In this document: in pieces, positions 10,502 to 21,336 of the stretch
Numbering within the stretch: the first letter of the stretch is position 1
Layout: every line of letters starts with the position of its first letter
From: a bacterium
GTDB taxonomy: Bacteria > SAR324 > NAC60-12
Reading direction: 5' to 3'
DNA: 64,000 nt
Assembly (NCBI GenBank): GCA_965205865.1
Contig: CBDBHR010000026.1
Location: 243,204 to 307,203 of the forward strand
Position numbers and translations under genes: made by a program
Notes under the pieces: model-generated
Told to the model about the DNA's origin: nothing
Database searches by the model: none
Seen by the model: only the letters and a program-made list of their open reading frames with translations

Positions 10502-11468
10502 ATGAACAACACCCAAGAAACACCCCGCTATCCGTGAGCCCAAGCGACGAAGCCGGTTTGCGGCTTTCTTGATCAGGTTTCTCAAGGAGAAGCCACTCGG
10601 TACTGCCTGCGGGTTTATCATCTTGATCTTGATTTTAGTGGCAATCTTTGCCGATGCGCTGGCGCCTTATTCCCATAAGGAAGCACACCTGATAGACAGG
10701 CTGCAGACCCCATCAGCCAAGTATCTGCTGGGTACCGACCACATAGGACGAGACTTACTCAGCCGCCTGATCTACGGGGCGCGTATCTCCGTACTTGTCG
10801 GCCTGGCCGCGACCGCAATCAATGTGGTCTTCGCTGTCCTCATCGGCGGCATTTCAGGATTCCTCGAGGGTAAAGTGGATCTGGCGGTGCAGCGCTTTGT
10901 CGATGCCTGGATTGCCTTTCCGGGACTGCTGCTCTTGCTGACCCTCGTGTCCGTCGTGGGACAGGGGTTGCTCCAGATCATCCTGGTGCTGGGGATCGCC
11001 GGTGGAGTCGAAGGCTCCCGCGTCGTGCGGGGTGCGGTGATCGCCATTAAAGAGAATGACTATTTTCTGGCAGCCCAGGCCGTGGGCACCCCGACCAGCC
11101 AAATCCTCAACCGTCATGTGCTGCCCAATATTATGGCACCCGTCATCATTATCTTCTCCATTAACATCGGGGGGGTGATTATGACTTTGGCTGCTCTGGG
11201 CTTCCTCGGATACGGTCTGCCACCCAACATTCCTGACTGGGGAGGGATGCTCAGCCGGGAAGGGCGCCGGTACATGGAGATGGCCCCCTGGCTGGCGCTC
11301 TGGCCCGGTCTTTGCTTGACGATTGCCGTCTACGCGCTCAACATGTTCGGCGACGCCATCAGAGACTTGCTCGATCCCCGGCTGCGGGGCGGACAAGGCA
11401 GTTACGGCATCACGGGGAAACGCAAACGCGGATTCCTCACCCGACTGATCAACCCTTTCAGATGGTAA
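10502..11468 (+). CDS. DppC/OppC-like ABC permease, +1 C near 10525 relative to the intact copy
   Basis: LLGTDHIGRD, RHVLPN; otherwise near-identical to 18185-19150. Confidence 0.88.
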
Positions 11469-11791
11469 ACGCACCAAAAATTGTAAAAATACTTGTTTAA
11501 CTTTTTCTACAATGTTAAATCTTCATAGGTGTTCGGGATTTAAAAAGATAAGTAAAGAATCCACCTTCTTAGAAGGTGATTTTGATGGGCCCCTGGAAGG
11601 GGCGGCTCGTGAGCCGTGCTCGTGCTCGTGAACGAAATGGCATCCCAGAGAAACCTGGATTCCCTCTCAAGAGAATCGGGAACGTTTCTATCGAGCACGT
11701 GCACGATTTTGGCAGAGCCGATTGTCTCTGACCACAACTAGGCGTCCCCGCCCAAAGGACGTTGTTTCATCAGATAAAATGAAAGGAAAAT

Positions 11792-12670
11792 ATGAAGTAT
11801 TACAAAATCATTTCAGCAAATGGCAGCTCCCGATTTACCGTGGAACAAGAGGAAGGCCTCCTCGCAGACCTGACTTCGGTGGATGAAAATCTGTCAGACC
11901 TGGAAGTCATTGCTCGTGCCGCATCCCTCTCCGGAGTCAGCATAGACAAGATTGCAGAACGGATCATCGAGTCCGGCAAGCCCCCAATCCTGAAAATGGA
12001 GGAGGTCTTGGATGAAAAAAGCGATATGCGACTGGCTCGTCCCTTCGACCCTCCGGAAGTGTGGGGTGCCGGCGCGACCTATAACAAAGATCTGAGCAAG
12101 GCCTCGGAAAGTTACATCAAGATCTATCAGGCAGAGCGCCCGATGCTTTTCTTCAAGGCAACGCCACAACGATGTGTCGGCCCCTTTGTGTCCGTTGGAA
12201 TCCGGGAGGACAGCGCGATCAACATCCCGGAGCCTGAGCTCGCCTTTGTACTCTACCAGGGGGAGATCATTGGCTACACTGTCGCCAACGACATGAGCGC
12301 CGTGTCCCTTGAGGGAGAAAATACGTATTACCAGCCCCAGGCCAAAGTCTATAATCAGAGCTGCGCCATCGGGCCCTGCTTCGTGACTGCTGAATCGATC
12401 AAAACCCCTGAGGACCTGGATTTACGCTGCTCTACAAGACGTGACAACGAAGTAGTGTGGTACGGCGAGAGCTCCACTTCCCATTTGGCCCGCAGTTGCG
12501 CCCAACTGGCCGACTGGATCCAACGGTCCAACTCCATGCCCGACTTGACGACGGTGCTCACCGGATGTGATTGTCATCCCCCGTCCGGATTCACCCTTCA
12601 GCAAGGCGACGTGATCAGCATCACGATCGAGGGAATTGGGACGCTGGAAAACCCCGTCATTGTCGTGTAG
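11792..12670 (+). CDS. Fumarylacetoacetate hydrolase family protein, copy 2 (intact)
   Basis: Full 292-aa ORF with SD AAGGA and FAH motifs. Confidence 0.88.
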   Translation: MKYYKIISANGSSRFTVEQEEGLLADLTSVDENLSDLEVIARAASLSGVSIDKIAERIIESGKPPILKMEEVLDEKSDMRLARPFDPPEVWGAGATYNKDLSKASESYIKIYQAERPMLFFKATPQRCVGPFVSVGIREDSAINIPEPELAFVLYQGEIIGYTVANDMSAVSLEGENTYYQPQAKVYNQSCAIGPCFVTAESIKTPEDLDLRCSTRRDNEVVWYGESSTSHLARSCAQLADWIQRSNSMPDLTTVLTGCDCHPPSGFTLQQGDVISITIEGIGTLENPVIVV

Positions 12671-12834
12671 ATGGAGCTTGTTTGAGCGGTTCACCGTTGA
12701 CCGCTATTGCCTCATGAGGAACTCTACGCTAAGAACCTGTAATAGAGGCAGGATCCGATCATTTGGGGAGGATGATATTTTCAGCCTTCTTAACCCACGC
12801 CATCAAATCGAAGGTGGAGAAGTATGAGGACATT

Positions 12835-13680
12835 ATGATACCTTCCTATGAAGCCATTATTGCCCCCCGGCACGTGACCGTTTCGGGGATATACAATATG
12901 CGGGACCTCGGTGGTTTACGCCGGGCGAACGGCCAGCAGACAAAGCAGCATGTTGTGTATCGTGCCGATAACCTCGGTTGGCTCAACCCTGAAGGGGTGA
13001 GCGCGTTGGAGGATTTGGGGATCCGGACCGTCATCGATTTACGGTCCGACTCAGAGGTGACGAGTACACCCAACCCTTTTCGCTCTCACAGCAGCATCTG
13101 CTATCTCCATATTGACTTTCTCAGCACCCTGATTGACTTTCTCAGCACCCTGCGGAATGAACCGTCGTCGGGTGAAGGGGAGTGGTATCAGTCCAAAAGT
13201 CCGGACGGGTTACTGGAGTTGCCGGTCTATCTCAATGTGCGTAAATATTGGAAATGGCTCGTCGAGTGCCAAGTACAGCTCAGAGCAGTCATCGAGGCGC
13301 TCAGTGCCGTCAACGCAACCCCTGCTGTCTTTCACTGTCTCGCCGGCAAGGACAGAACCGGTGTGGTTGCCGCCCTGTTACAATCTCTGTCCGGCGTTGA
13401 CGATGCCGTCATTGCGGCAGATTATACGCACACTGCGCGCAATAACACTGCTGGACTCTTGAGCGTACACGGTCCGGAAGGCCTCCAGGATCCAACGATC
13501 ATTCAGTCCCCGATCAAAGACTACCTCGATTATCAACGGCAGTTCTGCCCGGCCGAGACGATGCTCCTGCTGCTCTTTATGATCCAAGTCCACTACGGCA
13601 CCACCGAGGCGTATCTGCGTCACATCGGCATCAACGCGGCGACAATGGACCGGCTGATGAAACTGCTGGTGGGATCATGA
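12835..13680 (+). CDS. Tyrosine/lipid phosphatase (Y_phosphatase3-like)
   Basis: NMRDLGG, VIDLRS, HCLAGKDRTG (CX5R). Confidence 0.9.
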   Translation: MIPSYEAIIAPRHVTVSGIYNMRDLGGLRRANGQQTKQHVVYRADNLGWLNPEGVSALEDLGIRTVIDLRSDSEVTSTPNPFRSHSSICYLHIDFLSTLIDFLSTLRNEPSSGEGEWYQSKSPDGLLELPVYLNVRKYWKWLVECQVQLRAVIEALSAVNATPAVFHCLAGKDRTGVVAALLQSLSGVDDAVIAADYTHTARNNTAGLLSVHGPEGLQDPTIIQSPIKDYLDYQRQFCPAETMLLLLFMIQVHYGTTEAYLRHIGINAATMDRLMKLLVGS

Positions 13681-13731
13681 ATATTCTTGAGAAAGGTCCT
13701 AAAAAACATTTTTATAAGGAGACATCTATCA

Positions 13732-14018
13732 ATGACCATTATGTCGATCAGCCGGCTCATCTCCCAACGGGCAATAGAAGATCCCGACCGGCCTTGTATC
13801 ACGCACGAAGGCAAAACGGTGACCCGTCAGGAGTTTGATCGCCACACCAATCGGCTGGCTCGTGCTTACCAACAAAAGGGAGTCCAGCACAATGATTTTG
13901 TCACCGTGGCCTTGCCCAATTCGATTGAATTTTATCAAGCCTGTGTCGCCATTTGGAAGCTGGGCGCCACCCCTCAACCCGTTTCCGCAAAGTTACCCCA
14001 AAGGGAATTAGCAGCCAT
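13732..14018 (+). pseudogene. AMP-binding acyl-CoA ligase, N-terminal fragment
   Basis: DPDRPCIT...TNRLARAY...VALPNSIEF...WKLGATPQPVS, then unrelated AT-rich sequence. Confidence 0.75.
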
Positions 14019-14119
14019 TAGGGGCGAGAGAAAAAGGACAGAAAATTTTCTTCCCCACTTTGTCTAGTTTTTTACAATAGGGTTGAGAAACCATTTGATT
14101 TTCTAATGGAGAAAAAGGG

Positions 14120-14227
14120 GTGGAGTAGCAGACACGCATCGCCCCTTTAGACCCGGCATAACCGTTAGTTCGCCCTCTTCAAACTGTGCGTACAGTTGAC
14201 GGTTCGGCTCCCGACGTACACGGCTTT
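14120..14227 (-). mobile_element. Group II intron 3' remnant (domains V-VI)
   Basis: Minus strand AAGCCGTGTACG...GTACGCACAGTTTGAAGAGGG...CTACTCCAC. Confidence 0.6.
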
Positions 14228-14232
14228 AATGA

Positions 14233-14426
14233 CTCGACTTTGAACATTTTATTCAACTTTTGGGTTTAATAAAATCAATGTCTTACGAATCTTTATTGGA
14301 ATTAATACAGGTCGTATCATCAAAAATGGAAAACAGTAACCTGTATTAATTTTTTACAAATTTTCAACCAATTGATATTATTGAATAATGAAAATTAAAA
14401 GAATAAATCGAATGTCCAAAGTCCAG
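14233..14426. mobile_element. MITE with IS701-like ends and TAATGA direct repeats
   Basis: CTCGACTTTGAACAT...ATGTCCAAAGTCCAG; right end matches IS701 end at 24903-24917; TAATGA at 14227 and 14427. Confidence 0.7.
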
Positions 14427-14457
14427 TAATGAATGAGTCGCCCTATTTAAAAAAAGT

Positions 14458-14520
14458 TTGACAATCATTTGCAAAGCGAGTATAAAAAAGTTTGACAATC
14501 AATTGCAAGGCGAGTATACA
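14458..14520 (+). promoter_or_regulatory. Tandem sigma70-type promoters (34-bp duplication)
   Basis: TTGACA-N17-TATAAA at 14458 and TTGACA-N17-TATACA at 14492. Confidence 0.7.
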
Positions 14521-14744
14521 GTATTGTTCCAGGAACGGAAGGGCAATAATGAGACCCTTCGCATTGCCGCTTTCGGTACACCTGTTTGGGCAAATCGTCA
14601 GGATGAAATGAAAGTCTGAAATTAACCCGTTTCGAGTATAAAAAATCTTGATAATGAGGTGGATATGAGAGTAAGCTTAAACTCTAAGTGTACAGGTTCA
14701 TTGGGTTCTACCCCCTTACGTCATCTCGACCTCAAGGAGTTATT

Positions 14745-16739
14745 ATGATAGCGAAGAATCTATTCGCCCCCTTTGTGGGCCTGACCGTGGCAAACGTCGT
14801 GTCTGCTGCGAAAACCCGATTCGCCCCATGTCGGGTGAATCGTTCTCAAAACCCTCAATTTAGAGAGGTTCTTATGTATTGTATTATAAAGAAATTTGTC
14901 GCCTCCATCGCGAGGCTGAACCCGGCAGGCTCTTTGTCTGCTGTACAAAAGCTTGTCCTCGCAAAAGCGGGGATGCAACCCTTGTTGCTCACCTTCACCC
15001 TGATGGTGGCCGCCCTCTGGGTCAGCCCGGCAGCCGTGGCGGCTGAGAAAGAGACGGTGTTCGACCCCGCCACCGGCCAGACGTGGACTGCCCATGAGTA
15101 TGGCGGGACACTCACCTTTGGCACGAAGCGCTATCCTAAGAGTGCTGACGTGTGGTACGCTGGGGGCTGGGCGCCTCACTTCATCAGTGGTGTTAATGAG
15201 AAGCTAGCCTTCGCCGACTGGGGACTATCCAGGGATAAGACCGCTGACTTTTACATCGTTGTGAGCCCAGAGATGACCACAGGGTGTCTGGCGGAAAGCT
15301 GGTCGCAGCCCGACCCCACAACCTTCATCTGGCACATCCGCCAGGGCGTTTTCTGGGACAATAAGGAGCCGGTGAACGGTCGTCAGTTCGATGCTTATGA
15401 CGTCGAATGGAACTATCACCGCTATTTGGGTCTGGGTGATTTCAGCGAACTCGGAATCAGCCCCGAAGTTGAGGATATAACTAATGGTCTCTCGTACGAA
15501 TCGGTAACGGCCACCGATAAATGGACGGTTGTGGTTAAGCTGGCGAGGCCTGACGCCGATGTGTTAGGGAAAATGCTCCACACCTACACTTTTATGTACG
15601 CCCCCGAGGTAATCGAGAAATACGGCGATGCTCAGGATTGGAGGAACGCGGTCGGCACCGGGCCCTATCGACTGACTGATCACGTCCAGGACAGCTCGGC
15701 AACCTGGGAGAAGAATCCTGACTACTGGAAATACGACGAAAAATGGCCGGAGAACCGCCTGCCCTATATTGACAAGTTGGTGAGCCTGGCTATGCCAGAG
15801 TCAGCGACACGTACATCGGCAATGCGCACGGGTAAGATTGATATGCTGACTGAAACCGGCGACGCTTATATATTGAATCCCGACTATATGGATGCCCTCC
15901 AGCGCACCAACCCTGAAATCGATGTGTTTCCCATTTATGTCGGGGTCTCGGACATTTACGGTTTTAACCAGTCTTCGGAGCTCATGCAGGACGTCAATGT
16001 GCGCAAGGCACTGCAGATGTCAGTGGACATCGAGACCATTAACACTTCCTTCTATAAGGGTTATGGAGATACAGCACCTTATGGGTTAATAAGTCAAGCT
16101 TCAAAAGGGTGGAACTGGCCATATGAAGACTGGCCCGAAGAGGTCAAGCAAGAATATACCTATAATCCGGAAAGGGCCGAGGAACTCCTTGATGCGGCTG
16201 GGTATCCACGCGGCGCCGATGGCTATAGATTCAAGGTCAAGCTAGCCAGTTCGGAAAGGGTTGAAACGACCTATGGAGAAATACTCATGTCGTACTTCGA
16301 TGCCATTGGCGTCGATAGCGAGATTGAAGTGGTTACTGAGGCCGAGGCGGGAGCTGCCGCAAGGGGGCCGACGATGAAGTGGGATATACACAATTTGGTG
16401 GGGTATAGCATGTTCGCCCCCTCCAAGGATATATATTGTTTATCAAATTGCGCAGATGGTCATTGGCCCAAAACGCAGGACCAGCGAATGCACGACATAG
16501 TTGCCGCCATGAAAGTCGCTGCCACCATGGAGGAGTGGATGAGCTTACATCGAGAGGCCGATGAGAAAACGGTAAGGGAGCACTACGCCATAATCAAACC
16601 CAAATCCCCTAAGTTTTACGTGAGCCAGCCGTGGGTCGAGGGTTATTTCGGTGAATCAGGTATGCAACGGGCCTCACGTAATACCTTCATGGCCCGCCTC
16701 TGGATTGATAGTGCGCTGAAGAAAGAAATGGGGCATTAG
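14745..16739 (+). CDS. ABC substrate-binding protein family 5 (SBP2), close paralog of SBP1
   Basis: Colinear with 7117-9108; SD AAGGAG before 14745. Confidence 0.9.
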   Translation: MIAKNLFAPFVGLTVANVVSAAKTRFAPCRVNRSQNPQFREVLMYCIIKKFVASIARLNPAGSLSAVQKLVLAKAGMQPLLLTFTLMVAALWVSPAAVAAEKETVFDPATGQTWTAHEYGGTLTFGTKRYPKSADVWYAGGWAPHFISGVNEKLAFADWGLSRDKTADFYIVVSPEMTTGCLAESWSQPDPTTFIWHIRQGVFWDNKEPVNGRQFDAYDVEWNYHRYLGLGDFSELGISPEVEDITNGLSYESVTATDKWTVVVKLARPDADVLGKMLHTYTFMYAPEVIEKYGDAQDWRNAVGTGPYRLTDHVQDSSATWEKNPDYWKYDEKWPENRLPYIDKLVSLAMPESATRTSAMRTGKIDMLTETGDAYILNPDYMDALQRTNPEIDVFPIYVGVSDIYGFNQSSELMQDVNVRKALQMSVDIETINTSFYKGYGDTAPYGLISQASKGWNWPYEDWPEEVKQEYTYNPERAEELLDAAGYPRGADGYRFKVKLASSERVETTYGEILMSYFDAIGVDSEIEVVTEAEAGAAARGPTMKWDIHNLVGYSMFAPSKDIYCLSNCADGHWPKTQDQRMHDIVAAMKVAATMEEWMSLHREADEKTVREHYAIIKPKSPKFYVSQPWVEGYFGESGMQRASRNTFMARLWIDSALKKEMGH

Positions 16740-16851
16740 TACTTATAGGACAAGTCTCCATTTGAAAAAGGGGATTCAGGGGGATTTTAAAAGCTTTGCC
16801 AACGAAATCCCCCTGCCCCCCTTTTCTTAAGTGGGGAAGGAGAAGGATTCC

Positions 16852-17857
16852 ATGAGAACCTATTTCATCAGGCGGTTGTTGCTCATGATCCCGACCCTGT
16901 TTCTCCTGAGTATCCTGGTCTTTCTCTCGGTGCGCTTCATCCCCGGCGATGTCGTCGACATCATGGTAGCTAAGATGCACGGATGGGGGGGGTGGCTATA
17001 CAAACCGTGAAGCTCTTGAGCGTGTGCTGGGGTTAGACGTGCCTGTGCACGTACAGTACGGACGCTGGATAGGAGTGTTGCCGACCCCTGACTGGAAGAC
17101 CGGTAAGTCTCAATTCAGCGGTATCCTCCAGGGCACCCTTGGCAAATCACTGTATGCCACCCATTTGTCGATAGAGGAACAGGTATTAGAGAGATTGCCA
17201 GTAACCCTTGAGTTGGGTCTCATGGCCATCGTGATCGGGTTGGTGATCGCGCTACCGGTGGGCATCTACTCGGCGATTCGCCAGGATACTGCCACCGACT
17301 ACCTGGGGCGCTCCATCGCCATCATCGGCCTGGCCACGCCTAACTTCTGGCTGGCAATTATGGTCATCCTCTACCCGGCAATCTGGTGGGGCTGGGCGCC
17401 ATCGATAAAGTATATCCCTCTTGTCGAAGACCCGCTGGGGAATCTGGTGATGTTCCTCATTCCCAGCGTAATTCTGGGGACGGCCATGGCTGCCGAGACC
17501 ATGCGGATGACACGCACCATGATGCTGGAGGTCTTAAGGCAGGACTACATCCGCACCGCCTGGTCCAAAGGGCTCAAGGAGCAGGTCGTGGTGATCCGGC
17601 ACGCCATCAAGAATGCCCTCATCCCGATAGTTACCCTGATCGGCCTGCGCTTGCCCCTCCTGATCGGGGGCTCCGTTATCATGGAAGAAATATTTGTTCT
17701 GCCGGGGATCGGTCGTTTATACCTGGATGCAATCGAGAGCAGAGACTACCCGGCGGTCCAGGGAATCAACCTGTTTTTCGCCACCGGGGTAGTGGGGATC
17801 AATCTCTTCATCGACCTGATTTATGCTTTCTTGGACCCCAGGGTTCAGTATAAATAG
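16852..17857 (+). CDS. DppB-like permease, +1 G in run at 16985-16992
   Basis: Near-identical to 9170-10174 apart from G8 versus G7. Confidence 0.88.
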
Positions 17858-18184
17858 TCGTTTTGCTACTGGTAAATATGGGTTTGAGATTCGTATGTAG
17901 GAAGAAGTCCCTGAGGGACGAAAGAAAGTAGCCCAGCGATTTATCGCTGGGTACAAATGGCTCCTTCAAAGTCCCGGAGGGACGAAACAACAATGAGGTC
18001 TCATATCCCATGAAAACATAATCTTAAATATGATGAGTGTTATATTTTGCATTAATTCGCTCGACCGAAGAAGTGTCGTCTCTCTGGGACTAGCTGAGAG
18101 GAAGGGGGTTTCCTTACCCAGCAATGAATTGCTGGGCTATACCTTTTCGTCCCTCAGGGACTGTATCATAGAAAAATCGGGATC

Positions 18185-19150
18185 ATGAACAACACCCAAG
18201 AAACACCCGCTATCCGTGAGCCCAAGCGACGAAGCCGGTTTGCGGCTTTCTTGATCAGGTTTCTCAAGGAGAAGCCACTCGGTACTGCCTGCGGGTTTAT
18301 CATCTTGATCTTGATTTTAGTGGCAATCTTTGCCGATGCGCTGGCGCCTTATTCCCATAAGGAAGCACACCTGATAGACAGGCTGCAGACCCCATCAGCC
18401 AAGTATCTGCTGGGTACCGACCACATAGGACGAGACTTACTCAGCCGCCTGATCTACGGGGCGCGTATCTCCGTACTTGTCGGCCTGGCCGCGACCGCAA
18501 TCAATGTGGTCTTCGCTGTCCTCATCGGCGGCATTTCAGGATTCCTCGAGGGTAAAGTGGACCTGGCGGTGCAGCGCTTTGTCGATGCCTGGATCGCCTT
18601 TCCGGGACTGCTGTTGTTGTTGACCCTCGTGTCCGTCGTGGGACAGGGGTTGCTCCAGATCATCCTGGTGCTGGGGATCGCCGGTGGAGTCGAAGGCTCC
18701 CGCGTCGTGCGGGGTGCGGTGATCGCCATTAAAGAGAATGACTATTTTCTGGCAGCCCAGGCCGTGGGCACCCCGACCAGCCAAATCCTCAACCGTCATG
18801 TGCTGCCCAATATTATGGCACCCGTCATCATTATCTTCTCCATTAACATCGGGGGGGTGATTATGACTTTGGCTGCTCTGGGCTTCCTCGGCTACGGTCT
18901 GCCACCCAACATTCCTGACTGGGGAGGGATGCTCAGCCGGGAAGGGCGCCGGTACATGGAGATGGCCCCCTGGCTGGCGCTCTGGCCCGGTCTTTGCTTG
19001 ACGATTGCCGTCTACGCGCTCAACATGTTCGGCGACGCCATCAGAGACCTGCTCGATCCCCGGCTGCGGGGCGGACAAGGCAGTTACGGCATCACGGGGA
19101 AACGCAAACGCGGATTCCTCGCCCGACTGATCAACCCTTTCAGATGGTAA
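18185..19150 (+). CDS. DppC/OppC-like ABC permease
   Basis: Intact 321 aa with permease motifs. Confidence 0.92.
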   Translation: MNNTQETPAIREPKRRSRFAAFLIRFLKEKPLGTACGFIILILILVAIFADALAPYSHKEAHLIDRLQTPSAKYLLGTDHIGRDLLSRLIYGARISVLVGLAATAINVVFAVLIGGISGFLEGKVDLAVQRFVDAWIAFPGLLLLLTLVSVVGQGLLQIILVLGIAGGVEGSRVVRGAVIAIKENDYFLAAQAVGTPTSQILNRHVLPNIMAPVIIIFSINIGGVIMTLAALGFLGYGLPPNIPDWGGMLSREGRRYMEMAPWLALWPGLCLTIAVYALNMFGDAIRDLLDPRLRGGQGSYGITGKRKRGFLARLINPFRW

Positions 19151-19504
19151 GCGCACTAAAAAATTGTAAAAACACTTGCTTAAATTTTTCCACAATGCTA
19201 AATCTTCATAGGTGTTCGGGATTTAAAAAGATAAGTAAAGAATCCACCTTCTTAGAAGGTGATTTTGATGGGCCCCTGGAAGGGGCGGCTCGTGATCGTA
19301 CTCGTAAGCCGTGCTCGTGCTCGTGAACGAAATGGCATCCCAGAGAAACCTGGATTCCCTCTCAAGAGAATCGGGAACGTTTCTATCGAGCACGTGCACG
19401 ATTACGAACACGTGCACGTTTTTGGCAGAGCCGATTGTCTCTGACCACAACTAGGCGTCCCCGCCCAAAGGACGTTGTTTCATCAGATAAAATGAAAGGA
19501 AAAT

Positions 19505-20384
19505 ATGAAGTATTACAAAATCATTTCAGCAAATGGCAGCTCCCGATTTACCGTGGAACAAGAGGAAGGCCTCCTCGCAGACCTGACTTCGGTGGATGAA
19601 AATCTGTCAGACCTGGAAGTCATTGCTCGTGCCGCATCCCTCTCCGGAGTCAGCATAGACCAGATTGCAGAACGGATCATCGAGTCCGGCCAGCCCCAAA
19701 TCCTGAAAATGGAGGAGGTCTTGGATGAAAAAAGCGATATGCGACTGGCTCGTCCCTTCGACCCTCCGGAAGTGTGGGGTGCCGGCGCGACCTATAACAA
19801 AGACCTGAGCAAGGCCTCGGAAAGTTACATCAAGATCTATCAGGCAGAGCGCCCGATGCTTTTCTTCAAGGCAACGCCACAACGATGTGTCGGCCCCTTT
19901 GTGTCCGTTGGAATCCGGGAGGACAGCGCGATCAACATCCCGGAGCCTGAGCTCGCCTTTGTGCTCTACCAGGGGGAGATCATTGGCTACACTGTCGCCA
20001 ACGACATGAGCGCCGTGTCCCTTGAGGGAGAAAATACGTATTACCAGCCCCAGGCCAAAGTCTATAATCAGAGCTGCGCCATCGGGCCCTGCTTCGTGAC
20101 TGCGGAATCGATCAAAACCCCTGAGGACCTGGATTTACGCTGCTCTACAAGACGTGACAACGAAGTAGTGTGGCACGGCGAGAGCTCCACTTCCCATTTG
20201 GCCCGCAGTTGCGCCCAACTGGCCGACTGGATCCAACGGTCCAACTCCATGCCCGACTTGACCGACGGTGCTCACCGGATGTGATTGTCATCCCCCGTCC
20301 GGATTCACCCTTCAGCAAGGCGATGTGATCAGCATCACGATCGAGGGAATCGGGACGCTGGAAAACACCGTCATTGTCGTGTAG
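19505..20384 (+). CDS. FAH family protein copy 3, +1 C near 20262
   Basis: TTGACCGACG versus TTGACGACG in the other copies. Confidence 0.85.
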
Positions 20385-20410
20385 ATGGAGCTTGTTTTAA
20401 CGGTTCACCT

Positions 20411-20965
20411 CTATTTTATCAGTTGATCGAATTCAGCATGCGTACCGATCCAAAACCAGATCAATCCTTCTTCCGTTTCCACTGCTACAGTTCGATACTT
20501 TCTACCAACCCTGGCGGACTAATAGCTTCCTACTTCTTTGAGATGTAATGAAGGATGAAGAGGATCTGATTTGAGAATTTTGAAATTTTTGTCGGCGAGT
20601 TTCTGGATGGATGAGTGAAGTTGATAATAACGATCCCAAAAAGAAGGATTTGTAAAGTGCTTTAGATCTCCTTGCATTTTCCCCGCCTTAAAATCAGCAA
20701 TTGCTTGATCAGCTAGTGAGTCCAGTTTTTCTATTGAAGGCACAATTAAATGAGATGTCTCTTCAATGGGAACTGCAAAAAACTCAGCATTGAGCCCATC
20801 AGCGAAATATTCAAGCCATCCTGAAGAATCAACAACGTTCATAAGCGATCCTTCCTCACGCTCCACACGGGTATCTATCCCTCTGAGAAACCAGCGCATG
20901 GTCCTTAGGGGTTGTACAAGAATTAATTCAATTCGATTATTGTAGAGAATCGCCTGAATTTTTTG
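20411..20965 (-). pseudogene. Mosaic of two TA loci: AbrB-type antitoxin 3' end, vapC 5' end, antitoxin 3' end, RelE/ParE toxin with nonsense codon
   Basis: KPGQKIQAILYNNRIEL; MNVVDSSGWLEYF fused to EKLDSLADQA; toxin TGG to TAG at 20519. Confidence 0.75.
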
Positions 20966-21223
20966 ACCGGGTTTGACGAGTACTACGAGAAGGCGCTGGC
21001 GGCTACCACGAGAGAGGAGCAGCAGGAGTGGGTGCGGAAGGCCGACCTGCGCGTCATCGAGCAGCTCTGGATGATCAGGGGGCCAGTAGCTCCGCTGATG
21101 GGTTTCACCCAGCCGTGGCTCAAGGGCTACAACGGGGAAGGCGATCTCGGCGCGATGCAACGTATCACTTTCTTGCAGTACCTGTGGGTGGACCAGGACC
21201 TGAAACGGCAGATGGGCCACTGA
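20963..21223 (+). pseudogene. SBP C-terminal fragment
   Basis: QPWLKGYNGE...LWVDQDLKRQMGH. Confidence 0.85.
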
Positions 21224-21336
21224 GATGAATCCTCCTGTGGGCTGCGCGACGCGGCCCACCGGACAGGCTACTATGACCTCCCGGTTCTCGCGCCTTCCGG
21301 CGCCGCGGGCCGGGAGGTTTCTCCGACGGAGATAAG

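Noticed and set aside
7400-16739. DGR-driven diversification of SBP1/SBP2 by the nearby RT
   Set aside because: Differences are not adenine-specific (e.g. GTCCTC versus CACTTC), span the whole gene, and the RT lies inside a complete group II intron with no avd-like gene.
20519-21259. 246-aa ORF as a real multidomain protein
   Set aside because: Chance read-through across antisense SBP sequence and three TA fragments.
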